From Myxococcota bacterium (GTDB lineage: Bacteria > Myxococcota_A > UBA796 > GCA-2862545), in the NCBI GenBank assembly GCA_039208735.1, contig JBCCQY010000010.1, forward strand, positions 1 through 64,000: 64,000 nucleotides of DNA, in the 5' to 3' direction. This document shows positions 9,856 to 18,963 of this stretch, piece by piece (position 1 is the first letter of the stretch; each line of letters opens with the position of its first letter). The notes under the pieces are model-generated. The model saw only the letters and a list, made by a program, of their open reading frames with translations, was not told where the DNA came from and did no database searches. The translations under genes were made by a program, and so were the position numbers.

Positions 9856-10947
9856 ATGTCCGACGGCATCCTCGTCAGTCAGACCCTCCGCGACTTGATC
9901 GCCGGGGGCTCAATCCAAGCTCTGATTCCCGTTCGGGACGATCAGATCCAGCCCTCGAGCCTGGACCTGCGACTCGGCGCGAACCTCTGGCAACTCCAGT
10001 GCAGCTTCCTGCCCGGTGAAACCGGAATCCAGCGCAGGCTGGGCCAGCTGGCCACCGCGTCCCACCGCCTCGACCGAGACCACCCCATCGTGTTGCATCG
10101 GGGTGGGGTGTACCTCGCCGAACTGGAAGAGGTGGTGGAACTCCCTGCCGATGTCTGGGGACGAGGAAATCCCAAAAGCAGCACCGGTCGTCTCGACGTG
10201 TTCGTACGGCTCCTGTGCGAGCGCGGCCACGCGTTCGACACAGTGCCCGCGGGCTACCAAGGGCGTCTCTTCCTCGAGATCACTCCCCAATCGTTCCATG
10301 TCGCGGTACGTCGCGGAGATTGCTTAGGGCAACTTCGCCTGGGTCGGGGTCTCCCTGGTCTTTCGGTCGAAGCCCTTGCCCACCACCAAGCCGAAAGCCC
10401 GTTGTGCATTTGGTCCGACGGCACGGCTGCGCCGATCGACGCACGCCCCCCAAGCATCATCCTTTCGGTCGAACTCGAGCGCGCCGACGACGGGCCCATC
10501 GGCTACATCGCCCGCCGCCACATGCCGCCCATCGACCTGCAGCAACGCGGGCTGCCCATCGACCGCTACTGGGTTCCCTTGGGCCCAGCAAGCGATGGCC
10601 AGGTGCTCGAGCCAGAACAGTTCTACATCTTCGCCACGCGAGAACGCCTGCGCATCCCCCCAGACCTCTGCGCAGAACTCGTGCCCTTCGATGCCACCAA
10701 AGGTGAGCTTCGCACTCACTATGCAGGATTCATCGACTCGGGCTTTGGCTGGGACGAATCTGATCCACGGGCAGGGGCCAAGCTCGTCCTGGAAATCCGC
10801 ACGCATGACGTGCCATTCCTCCTCGAACATGGACAGCCGCTGTTCCGCATCGAATTCGTTCGAAACGAAGCGCGCCCCGACACGGTGTATGGCCGAGGCT
10901 CGAACTACCAGATGCAGGGATTGAAACTGGCTAAACAGTTCGGCTAA
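9856..10947 (+). CDS. dcd: dCTP deaminase, long two-domain type (dUTPase-like fold)
   Basis: QIQPSSLDLRLG, NPKSSTGRLDVFVRL, GELRTHYAGFIDSGFG, HDVPFLLEHGQ and SNYQMQGLKLAKQF motifs. Start re-picked to ATG 9856. Confidence 0.9.
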   Translation: MSDGILVSQTLRDLIAGGSIQALIPVRDDQIQPSSLDLRLGANLWQLQCSFLPGETGIQRRLGQLATASHRLDRDHPIVLHRGGVYLAELEEVVELPADVWGRGNPKSSTGRLDVFVRLLCERGHAFDTVPAGYQGRLFLEITPQSFHVAVRRGDCLGQLRLGRGLPGLSVEALAHHQAESPLCIWSDGTAAPIDARPPSIILSVELERADDGPIGYIARRHMPPIDLQQRGLPIDRYWVPLGPASDGQVLEPEQFYIFATRERLRIPPDLCAELVPFDATKGELRTHYAGFIDSGFGWDESDPRAGAKLVLEIRTHDVPFLLEHGQPLFRIEFVRNEARPDTVYGRGSNYQMQGLKLAKQFG

Positions 10948-10948
10948 G

Positions 10949-12370
10949 CTAGCGGCTCCCATAGGTCGAACTCACGGGGAGCCCCTTCGGGAACGCTTCG
11001 AGGGACACCGAACCTGCCCGATCGAACAAGATGGCTTCCAGCGTCTGCGCGCGATGAGCCAGATCGGAAGGTGGTGGGCGACGGCATCCTCCGTCCACCA
11101 GCTCCTCAGCGAGAAAGCGGACCGCCGCGGCTCGGTCGGGTTGGCGGACCGGATCGATGGCGCAGGCCTGAAACAACGCGATGGACGCAAAGTCGGGGAC
11201 GGCGAACGTCGAGAGGTAGGCCGAGCCCTCCCACACCCCAAGGGCAGGAAGCTCCTCGGGGCATCCTCGACAGACCAAAGGCGTTCCCTGGGCACGCTGG
11301 GCGAAATCTGCCGCATGCCGCGCTTCATGCGTCACGACTGCGGTAGCCACGAACGCCACCAATTGCTCCAGCGCATCCCGAACCCCGGGAATCTGACGCA
11401 CATGCATGCTGCGAACTGCAAAGACGAGAGCTTCTTGCTCGGTCACATCCGGGCATGGATTCTCACCCGTCTCAATGGCCCGATTTCTAAGGTTCGCTTG
11501 TTCTCGGGTCGAAACGCCGTTCCACGGAAGCCCGACGATGCGGTACTCGCTGCCGCAGCTGGCTCGACGATGTACCGATTCAGTAGCTCGAAGCAACCAA
11601 AACCGATCCGCGGCGGTGTCGACCAAGGCATTGACGGATTCGGGGGGAAGCGCTGCGGCCACCTCGGAGCGGACGGCTTGTGCAAACCGGGACGCCAGAG
11701 GGTCCGTCTCCGTATCGAGCACCGGGTCGAGCAGCGGCCAAATCCGGTCTAGCGTGAAGGACGTGACCCGATCGAGCAGGATGACCACGCGCTCTTGGTG
11801 AGCGTGGATTTGGCCAAGCCAGGCGTCGACCGGCCCCGCTTCGTCGACTCGCCGACGCACGGTGACCCCATAGGTACCCCCATCCACCGTGACCGACGCA
11901 TCCATCAGCACGTTGCGGTACGCCTTGAGGAACCACCCGCGGGCCGTAAACTCATCGGCGAGCCGATACGGGACCTCCGCCGACGCCATCACGTCGTTCC
12001 AGGTGCGCACCACGACCTCGAGTTCATCGAGGTGTTGGGCCGGGCCTTGATCGATGAGATGGCCCATGCGGTCCAGAAGGGCCGAGAGGTTGGGGTCGCT
12101 GGCCACCTCGCGTTGCAGACGTTCCCAATGCAGGGCCTTCAATCCGCCAGTGGCTCGAACCCAATCCGGAATCAACTGTTCGTGGACCAACTCGTGATCG
12201 ATGGCCCTCACCACGGCAGGGTTGACCGAAAGCACAGCCCCTTCCACGATTTCAGGGAGTGGAGTCGGGTCGGGAGCGGGGGCTGACCAGGGATAGACCG
12301 CCGCCAGTCCGACCGCACCCACGACCATCGCTCCGCCCATCCAAAGGACGCCCGCTGTCATGCGGTCCAT
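10949..12370 (-). CDS. Membrane-anchored hypothetical protein with HExxH zinc-metallopeptidase motif
   Basis: N-terminal hydrophobic segment and Pro linker; HEARH followed by EGSAY; several Cys. Confidence 0.7.
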   Translation of the reverse strand: MDRMTAGVLWMGGAMVVGAVGLAAVYPWSAPAPDPTPLPEIVEGAVLSVNPAVVRAIDHELVHEQLIPDWVRATGGLKALHWERLQREVASDPNLSALLDRMGHLIDQGPAQHLDELEVVVRTWNDVMASAEVPYRLADEFTARGWFLKAYRNVLMDASVTVDGGTYGVTVRRRVDEAGPVDAWLGQIHAHQERVVILLDRVTSFTLDRIWPLLDPVLDTETDPLASRFAQAVRSEVAAALPPESVNALVDTAADRFWLLRATESVHRRASCGSEYRIVGLPWNGVSTREQANLRNRAIETGENPCPDVTEQEALVFAVRSMHVRQIPGVRDALEQLVAFVATAVVTHEARHAADFAQRAQGTPLVCRGCPEELPALGVWEGSAYLSTFAVPDFASIALFQACAIDPVRQPDRAAAVRFLAEELVDGGCRRPPPSDLAHRAQTLEAILFDRAGSVSLEAFPKGLPVSSTYGSR

Positions 12371-12414
12371 GATCCCCCCGGTCTCCGCGTTCCCACTACG
12401 TTAGCTTCGCGCTG

Positions 12415-12894
12415 ATGGCGACCAAGCTTCTCTTTGTCTGCAGCGGCAACATCACCCGTTCGCCCATTGCGGCAGCCCTGGCGGTTGAACAAGCTCTGAC
12501 GCTGGCGATCGACGTCGAGGTCCAATCGGCGGGCACGTTGCGTATCGACGGCGCTCCTGCGAACGTTCAGATGGAGGCCGCGGCGCGCGAGGTCGGAATC
12601 GACCTGTCCCGGCACCGCAGTCAACCGCTCACCGAGGAACTCGTGCGCTGGGCCGACTTCATCGCGGCGATGGAGCCCCATCATCTCGAAGCCATCGAAG
12701 CGCTCGACCCGGTGGCCCGGGACCGAAGCCGAGCCCTGGGCTCCTTCGTTGGCAAGCCCGAAATCGTGGATCCGACGGGCAGCTGGTTCATCGGACCCTA
12801 TCGCCGTACCCGCGACGAGCTTCGCTTGGCGGTGGAACGCTTCCTCTTCGACGTGCTCAGGCCGTCTCGACCGTCGCCCGAGCCCGGCGAATGA
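12415..12894 (+). CDS. Low-molecular-weight protein tyrosine/arginine phosphatase
   Basis: LLFVCSGNITRS (CX5R P-loop), SAGT, GIDLSRHRS and IVDP motifs. Confidence 0.9.
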   Translation: MATKLLFVCSGNITRSPIAAALAVEQALTLAIDVEVQSAGTLRIDGAPANVQMEAAAREVGIDLSRHRSQPLTEELVRWADFIAAMEPHHLEAIEALDPVARDRSRALGSFVGKPEIVDPTGSWFIGPYRRTRDELRLAVERFLFDVLRPSRPSPEPGE

Positions 12895-13465
12895 ACCGCA
12901 CCGCCACAAAGATGCCGATCAACACAAGCAACAAGGTGAGGCCGGGAAGCAGCAGCGACAGGATGACGGTGGAGATGGCGACAACGTCTTCGATGAGTGA
13001 AAGCGCGGCGTTGCCCACCCCGGCTGTGGTTACGCTCGCCACGGCCCGAACCTTCGCTTTGACAAGGCCCAATGCACTGGCCGACGCGCCGCCCCCTACC
13101 AGCCCGAGCACGGCGGCCAAGAGGGGATCGAGGTCGGTCAACACAGCCGCGGCGAGAACCGTGGCCGCAGCGGGCTTGGCAAGCACCCCAATGGCATCGA
13201 GCGTGTGATCCACGCCAATGATCTTGTCGCCCAACACTTCGACCAGCGTCGCTGTGCCGAAGACCACGGTGGCTCCCCAATGACCCACGAACGCGTAGCT
13301 CTCGTTGAGCTCGAGCATGCCGGACATCGCCACGAGATTCACCGCGAGCAACGGCAGAAAAGTACGCAATCCCGTCGTCGCCGCCAAGCACAGTCCGAGT
13401 GTAATTTGCACCGCAAGTGACGGCGCTACCGAAGCCACGCTCGACCAATCCACTCCGAGGTCCAT
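12857..13465 (-). CDS. DUF4126-family membrane protein
   Basis: LAATTGLRTFLPLL, EVLGDKIIGVDHTLD and SLIEDV motifs; several TM helices. Confidence 0.8.
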   Translation of the reverse strand: MDLGVDWSSVASVAPSLAVQITLGLCLAATTGLRTFLPLLAVNLVAMSGMLELNESYAFVGHWGATVVFGTATLVEVLGDKIIGVDHTLDAIGVLAKPAAATVLAAAVLTDLDPLLAAVLGLVGGGASASALGLVKAKVRAVASVTTAGVGNAALSLIEDVVAISTVILSLLLPGLTLLLVLIGIFVAVRFIRRARATVETA

Positions 13466-13500
13466 GTCACCCCCAACCCGATGGCTCAACCCTAATGCGC

Positions 13501-13938
13501 CTAGAGGCGCAGCTCCTCCATGAGGATGCCGAGCAGGGTGTCGAGCGGCGCCGGTTTGGGAATCATGCGGGCCACGCGGTCCTCGAACAGCTCGTGGAGC
13601 ACAGGGTCCGTGCAGGCGGTGTGTGAAATCACGAGCGGAGGGGTCGGCAGTCGATCGATTTCCTCGAGCAGGACGAGTCCGCCCAGGTGCTCCACGTTCT
13701 CTTGGTACTTGCGGGCCCGCGGACCCAAAATGCGATGAGCGTGGTCGCCAAGAGGAATGAACAGGTCCATGATGACGGCTCGCCAGGGCCGGCTCTGGAG
13801 CAGCTCCACCGCACGCTCGACCGTCTCTACGACCACGACTTCCGTCTCGAGAGACTCTCCAAGAATCTCCGCGGCAAGCGCGACGTTGTCCCGTTCGTCG
13901 TCGACAAACAACAGCCCTTCGTGGGTTCCCTCACTCAT
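13501..13938 (-). CDS. Single-domain response regulator (receiver)
   Basis: LLFVDDE acidic pocket, phosphoacceptor in IMDLFIP, HTA and KP motifs. Confidence 0.85.
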   Translation of the reverse strand: MSEGTHEGLLFVDDERDNVALAAEILGESLETEVVVVETVERAVELLQSRPWRAVIMDLFIPLGDHAHRILGPRARKYQENVEHLGGLVLLEEIDRLPTPPLVISHTACTDPVLHELFEDRVARMIPKPAPLDTLLGILMEELRL

Positions 13939-13951
13939 CGAGCCCGCTCCC

Positions 13952-15541
13952 TCATCGGCGCCACTCCATCCGCTCGAAGTCCCAAACTCGCTTCAGCCGC
14001 TTGTCGGGCAACACGTCGATCTTGAAGGTTCGCCTTCGGCCATCCGCCGCCACCAGCATGATGGTGTGAGGGCCCGCCGCCATCATCTCTCGAAACGGCA
14101 CCGACGAGACGTAGACACCATCGACGTAGACTTCAGCCGGTTGCCGGGCGTCCAGCAGAACTAACCCTTTGCCCGTGGGAGGCGGGGGTGGCGCGACGGC
14201 AGGACCCTCACCGGTGTCGCCCTGGCCCGCTTCGTCGTCGAGGACCGCCACCGCATCTTCCTGCAGTTCCGGCGGGGGCACGACGGGCTTCGGCTCCTCG
14301 ACCGGTTCGACCGGAGGAGGCCCCATCGGGAGCACCAGGGGAGGGTCCGCCTGAGCACCGCGCAGCTCGCCAGGTTGCGGCGGGGTTCCTTCGGCCATGG
14401 GCTCTGGCACGGGCCGGAACCGGATCACGAACAACGACAACGCAGCCAGCACCACGAACGAAACCACCATGCTGGCGAGCAGGGGCACGAGGCCGTGGCG
14501 CAACGAGGAGGGTAACGGCTCGGTTTTTCGTGGAGGCAGAGGGCGGCGGGGCGGCGGTGGCTGAACGATGGGCCGCGTCCCGGGCGGCAAGCCACCTTCG
14601 GTCTGGCGGATCTGCCGCACCATCCGCGTGACTTCATCACGCGCGGTCACCGGGTCGGGCAGCATCCGCGACAACGCTCGTCCGAAGTGGGCCGCCGACG
14701 CAAACCGATCCGCTGGATCCCGCTGCAGCGCTTTGATCAGCACATCGACGAGCGGACCAAAGGTCGCCGGATCGAGGGTCGCGGCATGACGCGCGGCCCA
14801 GTCTGCCTCGAGTTGGTCGCGGATCGTCGCCTTGTCCGCTTCCGGAAACAACGGCTGTCGGGCCGCTAGCTCATAGAGCACCACGGCCAGGCCAAACACA
14901 TCTGCAAGGGGCCCCACCGCCCCACCGGTGGCCTGCTCGGGCGACATGTAGCCCCAGGTCCCACGAATGCTGCCGCGACGCTCGCTCCGCAACACCCCTT
15001 TGGAGATCCCGAAGTCCAGGACTTTCACCAATCCCTGATCCGAAAGGATCAGGTTGCTCGGCTTGATGTCGCGATGCACGAGCTGGAGCGGCTGACCTCG
15101 ATCGTCGGTCGCCATGTGCGCAAAGTGCAACCCATCACATGCCTGGCGCCCCACCTCGGCCACAAACCGAAGCGGCACGGGCATGCCGGTCCGCTCGGTA
15201 TGCGCGAGCACCTTCCGAACGGTCACTCCCTCGACGTACTCCATGACAAGGAAGTACTGGTCCTCGTCTTCGTCATGAGAGAAATCCTGGATTTGAACCA
15301 GGTTCTGGTGCTGCATGGAGGCGCCGAGCCGCGCTTCGTTGATGAACAACTCACGGAAGGTCTCGGACTTCTGGTGCTCGGGCAGAATGATCTTGATCGC
15401 AACGCGCGGCGCCACCCCCTCGACGCCCTCGCGTCGAGCCTCGTAGACGAGCGCCATCCCCCCCCGAGAAAGGGGACGCACAATGCGATATCGCCCGATG
15501 CGTTCCAGCAGCTCGGGCCGAGCCGATCGGCCGTCCGGCAA
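13952..15541 (-). CDS. Transmembrane Ser/Thr protein kinase with C-terminal PEGA-like domain
   Basis: RGGMALVY, VAIK, HRDIKPSN, DFG, GTWGYMSPEQ; TM helix; Pro-rich linker; AEVYVDG...GPHTI beta domain. GAGGAG SD precedes the TTG start. Confidence 0.93.
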   Translation of the reverse strand: MPDGRSARPELLERIGRYRIVRPLSRGGMALVYEARREGVEGVAPRVAIKIILPEHQKSETFRELFINEARLGASMQHQNLVQIQDFSHDEDEDQYFLVMEYVEGVTVRKVLAHTERTGMPVPLRFVAEVGRQACDGLHFAHMATDDRGQPLQLVHRDIKPSNLILSDQGLVKVLDFGISKGVLRSERRGSIRGTWGYMSPEQATGGAVGPLADVFGLAVVLYELAARQPLFPEADKATIRDQLEADWAARHAATLDPATFGPLVDVLIKALQRDPADRFASAAHFGRALSRMLPDPVTARDEVTRMVRQIRQTEGGLPPGTRPIVQPPPPRRPLPPRKTEPLPSSLRHGLVPLLASMVVSFVVLAALSLFVIRFRPVPEPMAEGTPPQPGELRGAQADPPLVLPMGPPPVEPVEEPKPVVPPPELQEDAVAVLDDEAGQGDTGEGPAVAPPPPPTGKGLVLLDARQPAEVYVDGVYVSSVPFREMMAAGPHTIMLVAADGRRRTFKIDVLPDKRLKRVWDFERMEWRR

Positions 15542-15642
15542 AGGACTCCTCGACGTTCGAGCACGGGTTGCATCGTAACCAGTCCGGCCTCGCGCAGGGG
15601 TTCACGAAGCCGAACGACGCCCCCTCCGCTAAGGGACGCCAC

Positions 15643-16989
15643 ATGTCGTTACCCGACTTGAGCGCGGCGAAGGCGTGGCTTGCCGGACGGTCGCCGCAAC
15701 AACGAAAACAACTCGGGCAATGGCCCACCCCCTTCGATCTCTGTTGCGCGGTGATCGAGCGGGTCGCGCAACGCCTCCCGAAGCGGCCGCGCATCGTGGA
15801 TCCCGCCTGCGGCGATGGACGATGGCTCGTGGCGGCCGCCGCCGAATGCCCTGACGCAGAGCTATGGGGCATCGATCTCGATCCCACCGCCCTCGATGCT
15901 GCGAACGCCACGCTTCGGCGGGCCGGCGTCACCGCAACCTTGCATCAAGCCGATGCGTTGCTCGACGACGTCGTTCCCGAGTGCGACGCCGTGGTTGGGA
16001 ACCCCCCGTACGTAAGGCCCCAGCATCTCAATCGGGACGTAGCCCTCGCACTTTGGCGCCGGTTCCCTGCGGTGACCGATAAGTGCGACCTTTCCGCGTG
16101 TTTCGTCGAACTTGCCTGTGAACGGGCAGATCGGATGGCCTTCGTTCTGGGCCGTTCCATGCTCTCGCTTCGCAGCTTCGCGGCCTTGCGTTCCCGTGTC
16201 CTTGGGTTCGGCCTTAACGGAGCTTTTGCCGTCCCGGATCGCACGTTCGAAGCTGCGGTACGCACCTTCGTGCTCGAACTCGGTCCCGAGGACGAACGCC
16301 TGGCGGGAGCCTATCGACCATCGAAAGGCCAACGCTCTGCGGCACTTGAGGTCACAGGGACCTTGGGCATCAGCCGCGAAGCGTGGTCACTGGATGGTCC
16401 ACCGCCCGAACTCCCTGGGACGCCCTTAGGTGACGTCGCGCGGTTTCACATGGGCGTCGTGTGTGGCGACTACGCCCGCTACGTTCACCAAGGCCCGCCG
16501 GGGCCGCTCGACGAGCCAACGTGCCGCGGTCGTGATGTCAGCCGATTTCGCATTGCGGACCGCGGAGAGTGGCTCCACTACGACCCCACCGACATGTTGG
16601 CGCGAAAACCCTACGTCGCCCCAAAGTCAAGGGAGATCTTCGACGTCGCGGAGAAAATCGTCGTCGCAGGGACCACGGGCCGCCGCATCGTCGCGGCCAT
16701 GGACGAGCGCCGGCGATTCCCTTTGGACAGCTGCTACGTGGTCCATTCTCGTCCCGACATCGATCTGTGGGCCGTCCTCGGTTGGTTGGCGAGCCCCGTG
16801 GTGGGCGCCTGGTATGCCGCCCGGTTTGGCGCTCCACGGGTGAAAGCCATCGAACTCGCCGGCATTCCACTGCCTCCCCAGGACTACTGGGGCGAACTCG
16901 GGGCTGCGGTCCGTGAGCAGGACGAGCCAGCCATCGATCGCATGACACGGGCTGCGGTAAGCGCAATGCGCTTTATTGCGCGATCGTAA
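15643..16989 (+). CDS. N6-adenine DNA methyltransferase, gamma class (TaqI/Eco57I-like) with C-terminal target-recognition region
   Basis: LGQWPTP, DPACGDG (SAM binding), GIDLD and VVGNPPY motifs; TaqI_C-like GRDVSRF...EKIVV. Start re-picked to ATG 15643. Confidence 0.85.
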   Translation: MSLPDLSAAKAWLAGRSPQQRKQLGQWPTPFDLCCAVIERVAQRLPKRPRIVDPACGDGRWLVAAAAECPDAELWGIDLDPTALDAANATLRRAGVTATLHQADALLDDVVPECDAVVGNPPYVRPQHLNRDVALALWRRFPAVTDKCDLSACFVELACERADRMAFVLGRSMLSLRSFAALRSRVLGFGLNGAFAVPDRTFEAAVRTFVLELGPEDERLAGAYRPSKGQRSAALEVTGTLGISREAWSLDGPPPELPGTPLGDVARFHMGVVCGDYARYVHQGPPGPLDEPTCRGRDVSRFRIADRGEWLHYDPTDMLARKPYVAPKSREIFDVAEKIVVAGTTGRRIVAAMDERRRFPLDSCYVVHSRPDIDLWAVLGWLASPVVGAWYAARFGAPRVKAIELAGIPLPPQDYWGELGAAVREQDEPAIDRMTRAAVSAMRFIARS

Positions 16990-17680
16990 GTTCCACCCGA
17001 CGGTTCTGGGCCCATACCGCCTCGCCCCATCCCGTTTTGGCGGGTCGTTCCTCGCCCCACGAGGTGGTCGAGACCCGAGACATGGGCACACCAAGCTGAC
17101 CGATGTGTTGCTCGACCGCACGCGCCCGACGCTGGCCCAGGGCCAGGTTGTAGTCGGTCGTGCCACGCTCATCGGCATGACCCGCGATGTCGATCGGCGA
17201 ACCCGTCGATGACAAGCAGTCCCCAAGGCCCGAGAGCAACGTCTTGGCGGCCTGGGTGAGGCTCGACTGGTCGGTTTCGAAGTAGATGACGACGTAGCCA
17301 CACTTCGACAGATCGACGGCCGCTTCCACCGTCAGGCCCGAACGCAAGCGGGCCTCGCTTCCGTCAGGGTTGGTGACGACCACATCGTGGTTGCCGACCG
17401 GAAGCGCCGGCGACGAGATCAGCAACTCGTTGGCGCTGCGGAACGTGACGGTGGCCGGCGAGGGACCGAGGGTCACGCGGGACTGGGGCGTGAACCCCGA
17501 TCCCATCACGGTTCCGCTCAGGATTTTATTGGCCCGAACGGTCGATGGGGACACTGCGGCGATCTGCAGTGAGACATCCACCGAGTTGACGGGAGGGGGA
17601 ACCGAAGCAGGCTCGGGCGCCTTCTTTTGACACCCGATGAGCCCAACCAGGACCAGCGAAGTGAGGATGTACGGTTTCAC
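16973..17680 (-). CDS. Pal-like OmpA-family lipoprotein with an IPT/TIG-like domain
   Basis: Lipobox LIGC; AVSPS...GSGF...DVVVTNPDG (TIG-like); IYFETD, GHADERGTTDYNLALGQRRA, SWGEERP, NRRVE. Confidence 0.88.
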   Translation of the reverse strand: MKPYILTSLVLVGLIGCQKKAPEPASVPPPVNSVDVSLQIAAVSPSTVRANKILSGTVMGSGFTPQSRVTLGPSPATVTFRSANELLISSPALPVGNHDVVVTNPDGSEARLRSGLTVEAAVDLSKCGYVVIYFETDQSSLTQAAKTLLSGLGDCLSSTGSPIDIAGHADERGTTDYNLALGQRRARAVEQHIGQLGVPMSRVSTTSWGEERPAKTGWGEAVWAQNRRVELTIAQ

Positions 17681-17743
17681 AGCGATCGTCTAGTCCCGCG
17701 CTATACTCCGCGCCACCGTCGGCACACAATCCCGACAAAGTCC

Positions 17744-18892
17744 TCAAGAATGGGCGCGAAGCAGCTCACGGGCGATGATCAGCCGCTGAATTTGCGACGT
17801 TCCCTCGTAAATCTGGAAGATCTTGGAGTCACGGAGAAGTTTCTCCACGGGGTACTCCGTGTTGAATCCGTAGCCGCCGAAGATCTGGACGGCGTCGGTG
17901 GCAATGCGGTGGGCCGAATCGGCCGCGAACGCCTTGGCCATGGACGCCACCATGGTGTTTGGCTTGCCATGGTCCTTGAGCCAGGCGGCCTTGTGCACCA
18001 ACAACCGGGCGGCCTCCACGTCTCGTGCCATCTCGGCCAGCTTGAAGGAGACGGCCTGATGCTTCGCGATCGGGCGTCCCATCGTTTCGCGCTGCAGCGC
18101 GTAGTCGATCGCGTGCTCCATAGCCGCGCGCGCCAACCCCACGGCGCCGGCCGCCACAAGCGGACGGGTGTGGTCAAACGCGCCCATCGCAAGCAGCCAA
18201 CCATCGCCTTCTTGGCCTACGACGTTCTCGACCGGGACCTCAACATTGCTAAACGTGATGCCGCGCGTGTCTGAACAGCGCTGCCCGAGGTTGATCTCCT
18301 TTTTACCGGGTTCAACGCCATTCCACCCGCGCTCGACGATGAAGGCGGTCATGCCTTTGTGCTTCGCGGCGCGGTCCGTGTAGGCCAGCACGAAGTACCA
18401 GTCGGCCACGCCGCCGTTGGTAATCCACATCTTCGTGCCATTGAGGATGTAGTGGTCCCCGCGACGCTCCGCCGTCGAACGAAGGGCCGCAACGTCGCTA
18501 CCCGCCCCGGGCTCCGTCACCGCATAGGCCGCGAGAATGGGCTTCTCCGTCATGGGCTGGACGTACTTTTCGAGCAGGGCATCGGAGGCCCCTTCGATGA
18601 CCGGTTGCAGCGCGAGTCCGTTGGCTTCGAGCGCGGTGGAAATCCCCGTGCATCCCCATGCGAGTTCCTCGGCGATGAAGGCGGAATCCAGTGCGCCAAG
18701 GCCCACGCCACCCCACTTCTCGGGGATGTGCGTGTTGGCGAGCCCCAACTCGTGCGCCTTTTCGATGACCTCGAAGGGGTACTCCATGGTCTCGTCAAAC
18801 TGCTTCGAGACCGGTCGGATGACCTCGGCAGCGAATTGGTGGGCCAGGTCACGCAGCTGTTGCTGCTCTTCGGTTGGCTCGAACCCGATCAT
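17744..18892 (-). CDS. Acyl-CoA dehydrogenase
   Basis: YAVTEPGAGSD, LNGTKMWITNG, QIFGGYG and IYEGTSQIQR motifs. Confidence 0.96.
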   Translation of the reverse strand: MIGFEPTEEQQQLRDLAHQFAAEVIRPVSKQFDETMEYPFEVIEKAHELGLANTHIPEKWGGVGLGALDSAFIAEELAWGCTGISTALEANGLALQPVIEGASDALLEKYVQPMTEKPILAAYAVTEPGAGSDVAALRSTAERRGDHYILNGTKMWITNGGVADWYFVLAYTDRAAKHKGMTAFIVERGWNGVEPGKKEINLGQRCSDTRGITFSNVEVPVENVVGQEGDGWLLAMGAFDHTRPLVAAGAVGLARAAMEHAIDYALQRETMGRPIAKHQAVSFKLAEMARDVEAARLLVHKAAWLKDHGKPNTMVASMAKAFAADSAHRIATDAVQIFGGYGFNTEYPVEKLLRDSKIFQIYEGTSQIQRLIIARELLRAHS

Positions 18893-18963
18893 CGCGGACC
18901 TCCTCCGGCTGGTAAGTTGCTCGCGTAACCAGCACTACGCCGCCCCGCCGGCCAGGGAGCCCC

